A stretch of DNA of 64,000 nucleotides from an uncultured Holophagales bacterium (GCA_963842525.1 CAWJGT010000001.1:608001-672000), one strand, 5' to 3'; shown: positions 1-12,380, numbered from the stretch's first letter. Notes: generated from the sequence alone by a model not told the origin. Numbers and translations: made by a program.

Positions 1-10
1 CGGCCGAGGC

Positions 11-156
11 CCCTCACCCCCGGCCCCTCTCCCAACCGCACTCCCGCCCCCCGGGAGAGGGGAGAAGGACCAGAATCCCTGTCGCCGGAGCGAAAGCTCC
101 CCTCTCCCGGGCGGTGGGGGTGGGCGGTTGGGAGAGGGGCCGGGGGTGAGGGGCCT
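11..156. repeat. Palindromic repeat family A (REP/MITE-like), inverted pair
   Basis: CCCTCACCCCCGGCCCCTCTCCCA...CCGGGAGAGGGG followed by its reverse complement. Same unit recurs at about 1401, 4339, 12285, 14694, 33159, 40830 and 42700. Confidence 0.9.
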
Positions 157-157
157 C

Positions 158-3100
158 TCATCGCGCCTCGGCCTTCTCTCGAGGGATCCGGTGGAGGACC
201 GGCACCAACAGCAGCGACGCAAACGTCGAGGTCACCATCCCACCCATCACCGCGATGGCGAGAGACCGGCGCAGCTCCACCCCTTCGCCGCCGAGCAGGG
301 CCAGTGGCAGCATGCCGGCCAGCGTGGTCAGGGTGGTCATCAGGATCGGCCGGTAGCGCTCGGCCGCGGCGAGGCGGATGGCCCCGTCCATGGGCTCGCC
401 TGCGCGCCGGTGCTCTTCGATCCGGTGGACCAGGACGATGGCGTTGTTGACGACGATCCCGGCGAGGAGGATCAGCCCGAGGAAGGACAGCACGTCGAGG
501 CTCTGGCCGGTGACCAGGAGGAGCCCGAGGGCGCCCCCCAGCGCCACCGGCACGGTGGTCATCACCACCAGGGGGATCTTGAACGACTCGTAGAGCGCTG
601 CCACGGTGAGGAAGACCAGGACGACCGAGAGGGCGAGCGCCAGGCGGAGCTGGCCGAAGGCCTGCCGCAGCTCCAGCGCCTCGCCGCCCGGCGTCAGCTC
701 CTCGTCCGCCCCTTGCGTCAGGCCGGCGAGGAGAGCACCTGCATCTGCCGAGCCATCAAACGCCAGACGCACCGCGGGCCGGCCGTCCTGCCGCTCCAGC
801 ACGGCCGGCCGTGCGCCGGGCGCGATCCGGGCGACCGCCGCGAGTGGTATGGCTGCGCCTTGCGGTCCCGGCCCGGCCGCGTGGACGGCTACGGGAAGCA
901 GAGCCGGGTTCGCGGGCATGGCCGCCTCGATCCGGATCTCGGGCTCGACCGCATCCATGCGGACCCGGCCGGCGGTCTGCTCGCCGAGCCCCTGCCGGAC
1001 CTGCGCCTCCAGCAGGCCGCGGTCCGCCCCCAGCTCCGCCAGCCGGGCCAGGTCCCAGGAGAGGAGCAGGGCTTCCTGCGGCCGGGAGCGTTGGCCCGGC
1101 CTCTCGCGCAGCCCGGCCTCGCGCAGGCGGTGGGCGGCCCGTTCGGCCAGCTCCCCGGCCCGCTCCGGCGTCGCCGCCAGGGCCATCACCTCCAACCGGC
1201 GCCCTGCCCGTTCGATGGGCTCCACGAAGGCGCTTGTCCGGGGCTCGACCCAGGCCTCGACGCCGGGCAGCCGGGAGAGCGCGGCCTTGAGGACCGGCCG
1301 GGCGCGTTCGGCGCTCGCGGAGTCCGGAAAGGCGAGGACGATCCGACCGGTCTCCTCCTGGTCCTCGGAGGGGAGGAGCTGGGTGGCGGTGCGGTGCGGA
1401 CCCTCACCCCCGACCCCTCTCCCATCCTCACTCCCGACCCCCGGGAGAGGGGCGCCACCACCCAGAGACTTCCCTAACGGTGTCTTTCCCCCCCTCTCCC
1501 GGGCGGCTGGGAGTGAGGATGGGAGAGGGGGGCCAGGGGGGTGAGGGTCCAGCGCCGCCACCGCCCAATCCTCCACTTCGCGCCCCATCCGCCGGGCCGC
1601 CTCCGGCGCCAGGTCGGGTACCAACCGGTAGCGCACCAGGAGCTCGCGGCTCTCGGCGTCCGGCACCAGCTCGCGCGGAAGAAGAACGAGGGCAACCGCG
1701 GCCAGCGCAGCGACCAGGACCCCGGCGAGCACGGCCATGGCCGGCCGGGCGAGCGCCGCGTCGAGCAGCCGCAGATAGGCACGTCGTCCCGGGTTCCGTC
1801 CCTCATCCGCCTGGGAGCTGTTGCCGGAGAGCACCGGCGTCACGGTCAGCGAAAACAGGAGCGAGGCGGCGAGCGAGGTCACGATGGCAAAGGCCTGCAC
1901 GCCGAAAAAGGCGCGGGCCAGGCCCTTGAGATAGAGGAGAGGGAGGAAGACCACCGCCGTGGTGAGGAAGCTCGCCACGAGCGGCAAGGCAATCTGCCGG
2001 GTCCCGGTGATCGCCGGCTCGCGCTCGCCGCGGGCGCGGGCGGTCTCGATCGCCTCCAGCACCACGATCGAGCTGTCGACCAGCATGCCGGCGGCGAGGG
2101 CAAGGCCGGCGAGGGAGATCACGTCCAGCGAGGTGCCCGCCAGGTGGAACCCGGCGAAGGCGGTGAGCATCGACGCCGGCACCACCACCGCGAGGGCCAG
2201 CGTCGGCCGCCAGCGGCCGAGGAAGATCCGGATCGCCCCGGTGCCGATCAGCAGGCCGAGCAGCGCCGCCGAACCGAGGTCGGCCAGGGAGGCGGCGACC
2301 TCGCGGCTGCGGTCCTCCACGACCTCCAGCCGCAGGCCAGCGCGGGTGCGGGTGGCGATCTCGGCGGTCCGCTCGCGCACCCGGGCGGCCAGGGCAACAG
2401 CGTTCGCCTCCGGCGCCCGGAAGACCCGCACCAGCACGCCGTCCCGGCCGTCGAGCCGGAACGAGGCGCCGTCGACCACCTCCTCCAGGGAGATGCGGGC
2501 CACGTCGCCCAGCACGCTTTCGCCCCTCGGCCCGGGGATGCGGAGCGCGCGCAGCGCCTCCAGCGACACCGCCTCCTCGCGCACCAGGAGCGGCCGCACC
2601 GCGGCGCCGGAGCGCGCCCGTCCGGCCGGCGCCGCGAGGCCCACCGGGCGCAGCCGCTCGACGAGATCCACCGCGGTCAGCCCCCGGGCGGCCAGCGCCG
2701 CGGAGACCGGACGCACCACGACGTGCCGCGGCGTGAGCCCGACCGCCTCGACCCGGCCGGCGCCCTCCAGCCGCGCCAGCTCGGGCAGGAGGAGCTTGCG
2801 CGCGAAGGCCGTGCGGTCTGCCCCCGAGCCCCCGCCGAGCACGGCCACCCCGACGATCGGCTCCGGATCGCCCGCCGTCATCTCGATCGAGAGGCTGCCG
2901 GGATCGGTGCCCCCTCCGATCAACCGGCCAGCCGCCGTTCGGCCTCGATCCGCAGGCGGTCGGCGTCCGTCTGCCATTCGCTCTCGACCCGCGCCCGCAC
3001 GAAACCGTCGCCGGTCAGCGTCCGCACCGAGGTCACGCCGGCGAGCGAGGCCAGGCGGCGCTCCAGGGGGCGCGTGACCTGGTCGAGCACCTCCTCGCGC

Positions 3101-3258
3101 GATCGTCCTTCCGCGGCGACCGTGACCTCCAGGCTCGGCCGTTCGACCGAAGGGAGGAGAGATACCGGCAGCCGCAGCAGCGAGAAGGTGCCGAGGACGA
3201 CCAGCGTGAGGGCGCCGATCAGGGTCGAGATCGGCCGTTCGACGGCCAGACGGATCAT
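158..3258 (-). CDS. RND efflux permease (AcrB/CusA family), frameshifted near 2930
   Basis: N-terminus MIRLAVERPISTLIG... in ORF 2920-4566. Remainder in ORF 158-2977 with GMLVDSSIVVLE, GIVVNNAIVLV and RPILMTTLTT motifs. Confidence 0.9.
1401..1546. repeat. Family A inverted pair inserted in frame inside the RND permease gene
   Basis: Two inverted family A units; the reading frame stays open through them (PHPPGPPLPSS...GRGVGGEGP). Confidence 0.85.
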
Positions 3259-4566
3259 CGCACCGCTCCAGGCCTGTTCTCCTCGATGACGGGCTCCTGG
3301 ACCTCGGCGATGGGGTCGCCGTCCGCGAGCAGGCCGGCGCCGCCGATCACGATCCGGTCGCCCGGCGAGAGGCCGCGCAGGATTTCGACGCGTCCGTTGC
3401 CGCGGGCTCCGGTCTCGACCGCCCGCCGCCGCGCCACGAGGCCGATGCGGTCGTGGTCCACGAGGTAGACGGAGCTTCCCGGCCTCGGAGAGGACGAGCG
3501 ACTCCTCGGGCACCGTGAGGGCCTGTTCCCGCGCCTCCAGCTCGACATGGATCTCGACCCCTTCGCCCGGCGCCGGCAGGCCCGTGGGGTCGGTGACCTC
3601 GGCGACGAGCCGGATGGTCCCCCCGGCCTCGACGACCGGCGCGACCTCGCGGATCATCCCGGCGCCCGAGGGCTCCGGCGCGCCGGGCGCTGCGAAACGC
3701 ACCTTCAGGCCCGGCCGCAGGCGCTCGCGGTCCGCGGCGGCAGCGTGCCCCTCGATCTGCAGCGGCCCGCCCGAGGCGATGCGGGCGAGCACGGTGCCGG
3801 CCGCGATCTCCGACTCCGGCGGGATGCGCCGGTCGACGATCAGCAGGCCGCCGACCGGCGCGCGCAGAGCGAGCCGGGAGAGCCGGTCCTCGGCCGCGGA
3901 CAGGCGGCTGCGCGCCAGCTCGGCTCGGCCTTGTAGGCGGCGAGCGTGGCCGCCGCCTCGACCCCGGAGTCGAACGCCCGCTGATGCCGCGCCAGCTCCG
4001 AGTTGGCCACGTCGAGCCGCAGCCGCGCCTCGGCGAGGCTCGCCTCGGCATCCTGAAGCGAGACCCGGGCGAGCACCTCGCCTGCGCGGACCTGCGACCC
4101 CGGAGGACAGGCCGTCCGCGAACCGGCCGGGATAGCGCACCCGGCCGCTCACGGGCACCGCCACCTCCGCCATGCCGCCCGGGCGGACCACCCCAAGCAG
4201 GGGCAGCATGGGTTGGAACGGCCCCCGGGCGACCTTCTCCAGCCGCACCGGCGTGGCCGGAGGCGCCTCCCGCTCATCAGCCGGGGCCGGCCGGCAGGCG
4301 GCGAGGGGAAGAAGGAGAAGGAGCAGCAGGGCGAGGAACCTCACCCCCTGTCCCCCTCTCCCATCGCCCCCCCACCGACCGGGAGAGGGGGGACGCGTTC
4401 CCAAAGTTCTCCTCAAGCCGGGTCTGAAGAGGCGTAGCAAGCTTCTTCTCTCCTCCGGTCCTGGGACGAGGTATTTGCAGAATGCCACGGGTGCCACAAC
4501 GACGTCCCCCCTCTCCCGGTGGAAGGGGGGGCGATGGGAGAGGGGGACAGGGGGTGAGGTCTTCAT
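3255..4566 (-). CDS. RND membrane-fusion (periplasmic adaptor) lipoprotein, frameshifted
   Basis: LLLPLAAC lipobox, coiled hairpin AEASLAEARLRLDVA, LRAPVGG, C-terminal VETGARGNGRVEILRGLSPGDRIV; spread over 3 frames. Confidence 0.85.
4339..4559. repeat. Family A inverted pair at the 5' end of the adaptor gene
   Basis: Units at about 4339-4392 and 4506-4559 in inverted orientation. Confidence 0.85.
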
Positions 4567-4579
4567 ACGTCCTCCGTCG

Positions 4580-5258
4580 TCACGAGATCAGCGTCTCCGG
4601 CCGGCGCAGCCGCCGGCGGGCGTAGAGGTAGAGGATGGTGGCCGCGGCGGTGAGCACCGCCAGGCTGGCGAGCCAGGGAATCGACTCCTCGGCCCCGAGC
4701 AGCAGTGGTCCGAAGTCCGCCCAGTGGCGGCTCGGGATCGGGTTGAAGAAGAACCAGTCCTTGAGCAGGACGATCGTGCCCATCGAGGCGAGCCAGACCC
4801 CGCCGGCAGTCTTCAGGCGGACCGCCCAGAACAGGGCTACGGCGCCGAGGAACAGGCTGACCGCCGCGATCTGCGAGACGACGACGAGGAGCGGGAAGGG
4901 CCGGGTCGCAAAGAGCCAGCTCGCGAGCATCGACCGTCCAGCCCTGGACCACCATGACGAGGCAGACCGCGCCGACCCGCCGCAGGAAGTACCCCTCGGC
5001 GTCCGGCGCCGAGAGCGCGAGGTCGAGGCAGCCGGCGCGGCGCTCCAGCATCACCAGGCCCGACAGGGCGGGCAGCCCCAACACCAGATACGGGCCGAGG
5101 ACGACGAGTGCGTAGACGCTCTCCGCCTCACCGGTCGAGAGCAGCATCTCGAGAAAGGCCAGCCCGAGGATCAGCAGGTCGATGACGCCGAACAGCACCA
5201 GCCGGCGGCCGAGCAGCAGCTCCAGGGAGAGGCGGACCGCGCGCAGACCTCGCTTCAC
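4580..5258 (-). CDS. Multi-pass membrane protein (probable ABC-2 type permease), frameshifted
   Basis: Hydrophobic segments and LERRAGCLDLALSAP (EAA-like loop); GTG start overlaps the upstream stop. Confidence 0.55.
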
Positions 5259-8013
5259 CGTGCTTCCCCGTTGAAGTAGAACCGGTCGCGGTTCCCGGTC
5301 ATCAGCATCAGGCGGTGGCATTTGTTGTCCGGATCGAGGAGGACCCCCTGCGGCCGGTAGGGGCTCTCCAGCGCGAAGGGCGCGGACTCGCCGGTATCGA
5401 CGCGCAGGGTGGTCTCGGCCGGCGCCACGTCGGTCATGAGCACCACCCGGCAGGAGACCTCGCCCTCGCCTTCGTTGCGCATCCTGCCCGTGGCCCGCCA
5501 GAGATTGCCGGCGCGGCGGAACTTCACCTCTTCCAGGACCGGCCGCGGCATCTTCCCGGCGAGGAAGAAGTCGCGGATCATCCCGTCCACCGGCCGCTCG
5601 CTCCGGCGGCGCAGGATCGCGGCGAATTCGTCGAAAGTCGCCGGCTGGTCGCCCCCGGCGAGGAGCTCCTCGGCCGACGCGCGCAGCGGCTCCGCGCCGG
5701 TCTGCTCGGCCAGCGCGGCCACGAGAGAGGGGAAGCGGGCCCGCCAGTAGACCCCGTATTCCGGCTTGAGGGCCGGCGTCTGGATCCATCCGAGGTCGGA
5801 CAGCCGGCTGATCTGCACGGTCGCCCCGCTCCGGGAGCCGACCCCGAGCCGCTCGAGGACCAGATTGCGGAAGAGCTGCCGGAAGAAGTATTGCTGCTCG
5901 AAGGCGAAGGGGCGCCGGGCCAGGAGCCGCGAGGCCACGACCTCGGCCACCAGGCGCTCCGGCGGCACGGGCTGGTTCCAGAGGAGATCGATCTCCCGGA
6001 CGAAGGCCAGCCGGCCGCGCACCTGGACGTAGCTTCTCTCCGGGTCCCAATAGGCGTAGCTGCCCATGGGCCGGGGATTCCGCTGGCCGTGAGCATCCTC
6101 GCCCGGCCATTCGAGGACGACCAGACGGTCCAGGCCGCCGATGCCGGGCCAGGCGTCGCTCATCATCCGCGCGCCGCGCGCGAGGAAGCCGAGGTGGAGC
6201 TCCCCGATCTCGCGGTGAGCGGGAAAGACCGCCACCGTGGCGCCGGACCGGTTCCCCTCGTCCCCCAGGATCCGGTATCTCCCGCCTGCGACGCCCAGAT
6301 CGTGCAGCGGCTGCGCGCACCGGCTGGCCAGCCGCCCCAGGCGGGCCACGCCGCCGCAGGTGTCGGCCAGGAAGAGGCCCGGCGGCACCTCCAGCGACAG
6401 CTCGATCTGCGCCTTGGGGCGGTAGACCTCGTCCGCCACGGTCCTTTCCTCGGTCAGCGCCCAGGTGCCGTAACGCAGGATCGGCGACAGGTCGCTCGCC
6501 TGCCAGGTCCACCCGGTAGCCCGAAATCGACGGCACCTGGAAGCTGCGCGAGTAGTCCATCAGGTCGCGGCCGAACTCGGCCTGTTGATGAGCTGCGATG
6601 GGGCGGGTCGTTGCCACGAGCCGGGCCGTCGAGGACTCGGGCGGCGGCGGGAGGATCGCCGCGGCCGGGCGTCCCGTGAGGCGGAACCGCAGCTCGCGCC
6701 GCTCCCCCGGCCCGATCGGCGGCTCCAGATCGACCTCCAGGCGGTCCCAGGCGCGGTGCAGCCGTATTTTCCCCCGGTCCGCCGTCGCCTCCTCCAGGAC
6801 CAGCTCCGGGTTGAGCTGGAAGGCGACGTGGCGGTGGGGCTCCCTGCCCTCGTTGCGCAGCTCGGCCGCGACGCGCAACGTCACCTCGGAGCCCGGGGCC
6901 GAGGCGGCCCGCGACGCGCCAGCGGCCGGGCATGACATCGCGGGAGGTCGGAGCCGGCCGGCCGCTCACCTCCGCCTCCTGCCGTTGCCAGGCCAACCCG
7001 TCGTAGTGGTGGGCGCGGGCGAGGCCGACGCCGGCCGGCACGGCGGCCAGCAGCAGGGCCAGGGCGACCGTCAGCCGGTCGGCCGGGGCCGGCGCCGGAT
7101 CGGGCACGAAGCGCTCGCGCAGCCGGCCGAGCACGGCGAGGAAGCTGCGCAGCGGATGGTCGGGCCGGATCGTCCGCGGCCGGATGTCCGGCTGGGTGCG
7201 GCGCAGCCAAACGACCGACAGGCCGAGCGCTGCGGTCGCCAGAGCGGCCAGCAGTGTCCCATCGCCCAGGCTCTGCTCCGCCGCCGAGGCCAGGTCGAAC
7301 CCCGCCTCGCAAGCCGGGTGCGGGAAGAGCATGCGGCCCTCGTCGGAATCGAGGGCCATCAGCATACGCTGCACCATGTAATTCGCGCTGTCGAGGGAGA
7401 GCCCGGTGCGGGCCGTGAGGCGGTAGCCGAACAGGGCGAGACCCGCATTGGCGAGTTCCGGCACCAGGAAGATCGCCGCGCCCGCGACCACGAAGGTGCT
7501 CATCCCGCCGCCGCCGAGCGTGCCCAGAGCGAGCCCCAGAGTGGAGCCCAGGAAGGCCAGCGGCAGGATGCGGAGCAGCCACGGCCCCCAGAACACGGCC
7601 GGCGTAGGGATCTCGTACCCCGTGGCCAGCGCCAGGCCGGCCGCGGCGACGATCGGCAGGGCCGTCAACGGCAGGATCAGGATCTCCAGCGCCAGCCAGC
7701 GGCGGAGGACATAGCCGGTGTTGGTGAGCCCGGTGAGAGTCACGGTGGTCCAGGCGCCGCCCCCCTGCTCGCGGGTGATCCCGTCCAGCGCAAGAAGCGC
7801 CGCGAAGACCCCTGTCAACAGCGGCGCGACGGTCAGAGTCTCGTAGGCGAACGCCGCGGCGCCGATCGTCTGCTGGAACTGGCCGCGCTGGACGTAGATC
7901 AGGATCGCCGGCAGCGAGCAGAGCCCTACATAGGCGGCGGCAAAGGAGCGGAACCGCAACGACCGGAGCTGGGTGCGCAGCTCGTAGGCGATGAAGGCGG
8001 CGGTCATCCTCAT
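5255..8013 (-). CDS. ABC-2 permease fused to a degenerate M1 aminopeptidase-like domain, frameshifted
   Basis: N-terminal TM domain (ITREQGGGAWTTV). Later segments resemble M1 N-terminal and C-terminal regions (LDPDNK), with LVAEVVAS where HExxH is expected. Confidence 0.6.
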
Positions 8014-8919
8014 GCCGCCGCCTCCTCCGCGGGCCGTTCGGCCAGGCCGCGCACCGCCAGGAAGGCGCCGTAGGCCTCCTCCAGAGTGACCGTCCGCGGC
8101 CGGGCGCCGGGGATCGGCTCCGAGCACCAGACCACCCGCTCGACCGCCCCCTGCCGGTCCGCCCGCCAGGTCACCTCGACCGCGCCGTCCGGCAGGGGCT
8201 CACCCTTCTCTCGCGACGGGAACCTGCCAGAGCCGGCCCGCCGCAGCGCGCAGCAGCTCGGTGGGCGTGCTGTCGAAGAGCACCGTCCCCTGGGCGATCA
8301 CTGCCAGCCGCGGGCAGGTGGCTTCTACGTCTTCTACGATATGGGTGGAGAGCAGCACCGCCGTGCTCTCGGCGATCTCGGCAATCAGCGACCGGAAGCG
8401 GATCCGCTCCTCCGGGTCGAGCCCGGCGGTCGGCTCGTCGACCACCAGCAGGCGGGGAGAGTGGATGAGCGCCTGGGCGATCCCGAGCCGCCGCTGCATG
8501 CCGCCCGAGTACTCGCCCGAAGCCCGGTTCGCGGCACCGGCGAGCCCCACCGACTCGACCAGCTCGCGGACCCGCGCGTCGAGCGCCCTGCGGCCGAGCG
8601 GCACCCCGCGCAGCCGTGCGCAGTGCGTCAGGTACTCGCGGCCGGTCAGATGCCCGAGCGGCCGGAAGTCCTGGGGCAGATACCCGATGTTCCGCCGGAT
8701 GGCCGGCCGCAGCGCAGGCCGCGCCGCATCGAGCCCGTCATAGACCCGCCGGCCGGAGGTCGGCTCCAGAGCCAGCACCAGGATCGACAGGAATGTGGTC
8801 TTGCCCGCGCCGTTCGGCCCCAGCAGCCCGAGCATCCCCTTGTCGAACGACAGGCTCACCCCCCGGAGCGCCCGCGTGCCGTCCGAATAGGTCTTGGTGA
8901 GGTCCGCCAGCTCGATCAT
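8010..8919 (-). CDS. ABC transporter ATP-binding protein
   Basis: GPNGAGKTT, YSGGMQRR, VVDEPT, STH; tail frameshifted (TLEEAY). Confidence 0.92.
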
Positions 8920-9149
8920 CCGCGCCTCCGGGATAGACGATTCCCATTCGGGCTCGCACCCGCTTTTGGGGAAACACCGCAGCACTGGGACTGCTGCCCA
9001 AGTGTACTACAGAACCAACACACTGTACGAACGAATGTGGTGGAATGTTTACCTTACCCCCTGTCCGCCTCTCCCGGTCGGGGGTAGGGACGAGTGGGAG
9101 GTAGGGGTGGTGTTGAATCCCACGCAGTTTCGTGACCGCCGTCATAGAA

Positions 9150-9280
9150 TGCACCGCCGCGGTCTAATCCGGATAAGCGGGATTCACCGGGACACGATCA
9201 TGCGGCTCCTGCGGGTGGCGTGTGGCAAGTGCGAGGCGATCTTGGGCAAGCACCTCCGGGCGGTCCCGGTAAAGGACGGG
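9150..9280 (+). mobile_element. IS1-like transposase fragment
   Basis: RISGIHRDTIMRLLRVACGKCEAILGKHLRAVPVK resembles the HTH-linker of IS1-family transposases; no catalytic domain or IRs seen. Confidence 0.5.
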
Positions 9281-9372
9281 CTCCCTGCGGCGGCAGGAGA
9301 CGGGGGAATTACCAGGCTTTACCGCCGAAGGTACCGTGAAGCGATTCGCCCCCCCCTCGGGCTCATAGGTGC

Positions 9373-9401
9373 TTGACAGGCACCCATGAGGCGGCTAAGA
9401 T
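9373..9401 (+). promoter_or_regulatory. Sigma70-type promoter upstream of the NYN gene
   Basis: TTGACA-17 bp-TAAGAT. Confidence 0.7.
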
Positions 9402-9515
9402 TTAGACGGCGAAGGGGAAAGCTAACCGGGCGCCACAGGAAATCAAAGGAACGTTAGGGGACTTCGGTCCCTGGCGTATTTACTCCGGGTCTGCGAAGCA
9501 CACCGGTTATTTGGG

Positions 9516-10120
9516 ATGACAGAGCCAAGCGCCATTCTTGGGATGGGAACAACTGGTACCATGCGTGCAAAACTTGCGGCGCAAGGATCTGTTTGCCCTT
9601 GATTATGCAGCGATCTCGAAAAATTGGTCGGAGCACGGCAGTGGTGCGGGACTCATTACTACATCGGAGCCCTGAAGCAGCGCATATCGGTTATCGGGAA
9701 CAAAGGCAGTTCTTGTCTCGAATCCAGAACCAAGACGCGCGGATTGTAGTCCCTACGGTAGGATTGAAGAGCGACCGAAGGAGAACGAGCTTTCTACGCG
9801 CTGCTGGCGTACCTCGATACAACTACGCTCTTGATCCTGCATACATGCCGAACTGCGAACCTAGCAGGCAGCACAAGATGGCCGACCTCAAGAGAAAGCG
9901 GCAGACGTCTATCTAGCGGTAGACATGTATCGCCTAGCCGTCAACAACGAATATGATACGGCATATCTGTTGTCGTCCGATGGTGACTCACTCCCGCTGT
10001 ACTGCCGTGCGCGAGCTAGGCAAGAAGGTATTTTGTGCCTCTCGCCCAAGTTATGCCAAGAATCACGCCAACACTTATCACCCTCAAAAAGATTGGTTCA
10101 AGGACGCTACGCTACGCCCG
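9516..10120 (+). pseudogene. NYN (LabA/DUF88, PIN-like) domain protein, multiply frameshifted
   Basis: DGNNWYH, EKAADVYLAVDM and DTAYLLSSDGD acidic motifs, and RELGKKVF, in different frames. Confidence 0.75.
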
Positions 10121-10339
10121 CAGGGAATCTGGGCGCCCGGCGCGCGGCGCACCGCGGCGGCCGCCGCGGCGGCGCGGCGGAACGGACGCCGGAGACGGCA
10201 CGCGCGCGGGCGGGCGGCGCCCGGACCGCGGGGAGGCGCCCGCGGCGCCGCCGGCCGCCCGGGCCCCGACGCCCCCCCCCCCCCCAGGGGGACAGGGGGC
10301 GAGGCGCAGGTTTTTCCCCCGCCATGGGTTCCAGGAAAC

Positions 10340-12190
10340 ATGAAAGCAGCAGCCCTCACCCTCATCATCCTCTCTGCCGTCGTGCTCTGCCTCTCCTGGG
10401 GAGGGAGGCTCGGCGGCTGTCGAACATCAGCCGTCCCTGCGCCTACTCTGGAAAGAGGCCGGGCTCACCGAGCGCGAGGCGGCGGCCCATCTCCTCAACC
10501 GTTTCTCCTATGGCCCACGACCGGGCGAGATCGAGAAGGTGATCGAGCTGGGCCTCGACCGCTGGCTGGAGCGCCAGCTCGCGGCCGACCTCCGCGAGCC
10601 GCGGCTCGACCGCCTGCGCGAGCTGCCGGCCCTGGAGATGTCCACCGCCGAGATCGTGCGCACCTATCCCCATCCCGGCCTCGTGCTCGCCGAGGCGCGC
10701 CGGGCGGGCGTGGTCTCCGGCCGCCGTGGGAAGGACGATGCGGAGGAGGTCGCGGACGAAGAAGCCGGCCTGGAGAAGACCCGCGAGACCGTGCGCCGCT
10801 GGGCCCGCGAGCAGGGCTACCGCTCGCAGCGCGAGCTGCTCGGCCAGCTCATGACCCAGAAGCTCTATCGCGCCGTCGACGCCGAGAACCAGCTCGCCGA
10901 GGTGATGACCGACTTCTGGTTCAACCACTTCAATGTCTCGCTGACCGACAACCAGGCCCGCGGCTACCTGCTCTCCTACGAGCGGGACGCCGTCCGCCCG
11001 CACACCCTGGGGGATTTCCGCGACCTCCTGGGCGCCACGGCCCGCCACCCGGCCATGCTGCTCTACCTCGACAACGCCCAGTCCGCGGCTCCGGCCGGAG
11101 CCGTGACGACCCTGAGCCGGGAGATGGAGCGCCGGCCGCGACTCCGCGGCAGGTCGAGCTCCCCGGATGCCCGAAGGCCAGCGGCGCCGCAAGCCGAGCG
11201 GCCTCAACGAGAACTACGCCCGCGAGCTGATGGAGCTGCACACCCTCGGAGTCGACGGCGGCTATACCCAGGACGACGTGGTCCAGGTGGCCCGCGCCTT
11301 CACCGGCTGGAGCCTCCTGCCGCCGGGCCCGCTGCGGGGCGAAGCCGAGCGCCGGCTGCGCCTCGTGCGCCGCGCCGGAGGGCTGGGCTTCGAATCCGCA
11401 GGCGAGTTCCTCTTCCGGGCCGACCTGCACGACGCCGGCGAGAAGATGGTCCTCGGCAAGCGCCTGCCGGCCGGCCGCGGGATCGAGGACGGCAAGGACG
11501 TCCTCGACCTCCTGGCCGCCCATCCTGCGACGGCCCGGCACCTGGCGACCAAGCTGGCCGTGCGCTTCGTGTCGGACACCCCTCCGCAGGCGCTGGTCGA
11601 CCGTCTGGCCGCCGTCTAGCTGAAGACCGGCGGCGACGCGCGCGGCGCTGCTGCGCGGCGATCGCCGAGTCGCCGGAATTCTGGAGCCGCGAGGCCGTGG
11701 GGGCCAAGATCAAGTCGCCCTTCGAGCTGGCGGCCTCGGCCCTGCGCGCCACGGGCGCCGAGATCGAGGAGCCGCGCGTCGTCCTCCAGTGGATCGCCCG
11801 CATGGGCCAGCCGCTCTACGCCTACCAGGCGCCGACCGGCTATCCCGACCGCGCCGAGGCCTGGGTGAACACCGGCTCGCTCCTCGAACCGCATGAGCTT
11901 CGGCCTGCAGCTCGCCGCCGGCCGGGTGCACGGAGTGGAGATGGACCTGCCCGCCCTGAACGGCGGACGCGAGCCCGGGTCGCGCGCCGAGGCCCTGCGC
12001 CGTCTACGCCGGCCTCCTGCTGCCCGGCCGCGAGCTCGAGCCGGTCCTGAAGCAGCTCGGTCCCATGGTGGCGGACCCGAAGCTGGCAAGAAGGTCGACC
12101 AGGCCACCCGCCAAGGAGACCGCGGTCGAGCAGGTGGCTGGGCGGTGATCCTCGAGCTCGACCGCGAGATGGTCCAGCGGAGCATCGATC
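10340..12190 (+). CDS. DUF1800 domain protein, frameshifted (3' end approximate)
   Basis: HLLNRFSYG, FWFNHFNVS, HPAMLLYLDN, NENYARELMELHTLG, KIKSPFE, PTGYPD. Confidence 0.9.
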
Positions 12191-12380
12191 GCTGCGACCC
12201 CGCGTGGCCCTCGTCCCGATCTCCCTTACCGACCCCCGCCGGGAGAGCGGGAGAATGCCGGGATGATCCGTCGGGAGCGGTCTCCCCTCTCCCGGGGCTG
12301 CGAGGGTGGGAGATGGGAGAGGGGCCGGGGGTGAGGACCAACGAGCGTCGAGCGAAGAAGAGATGAAGGAGAAACCCACC

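Noticed and set aside
10130-10320. Extremely GC-rich stretch with a poly-C run
   Set aside because: Low complexity and probably poor consensus; no definable structure.
11617-11619. In-frame TAG in DUF1800 as recoding (pyrrolysine or readthrough)
   Set aside because: The region is full of indels and no pyl genes are present; a base-call error is simpler.
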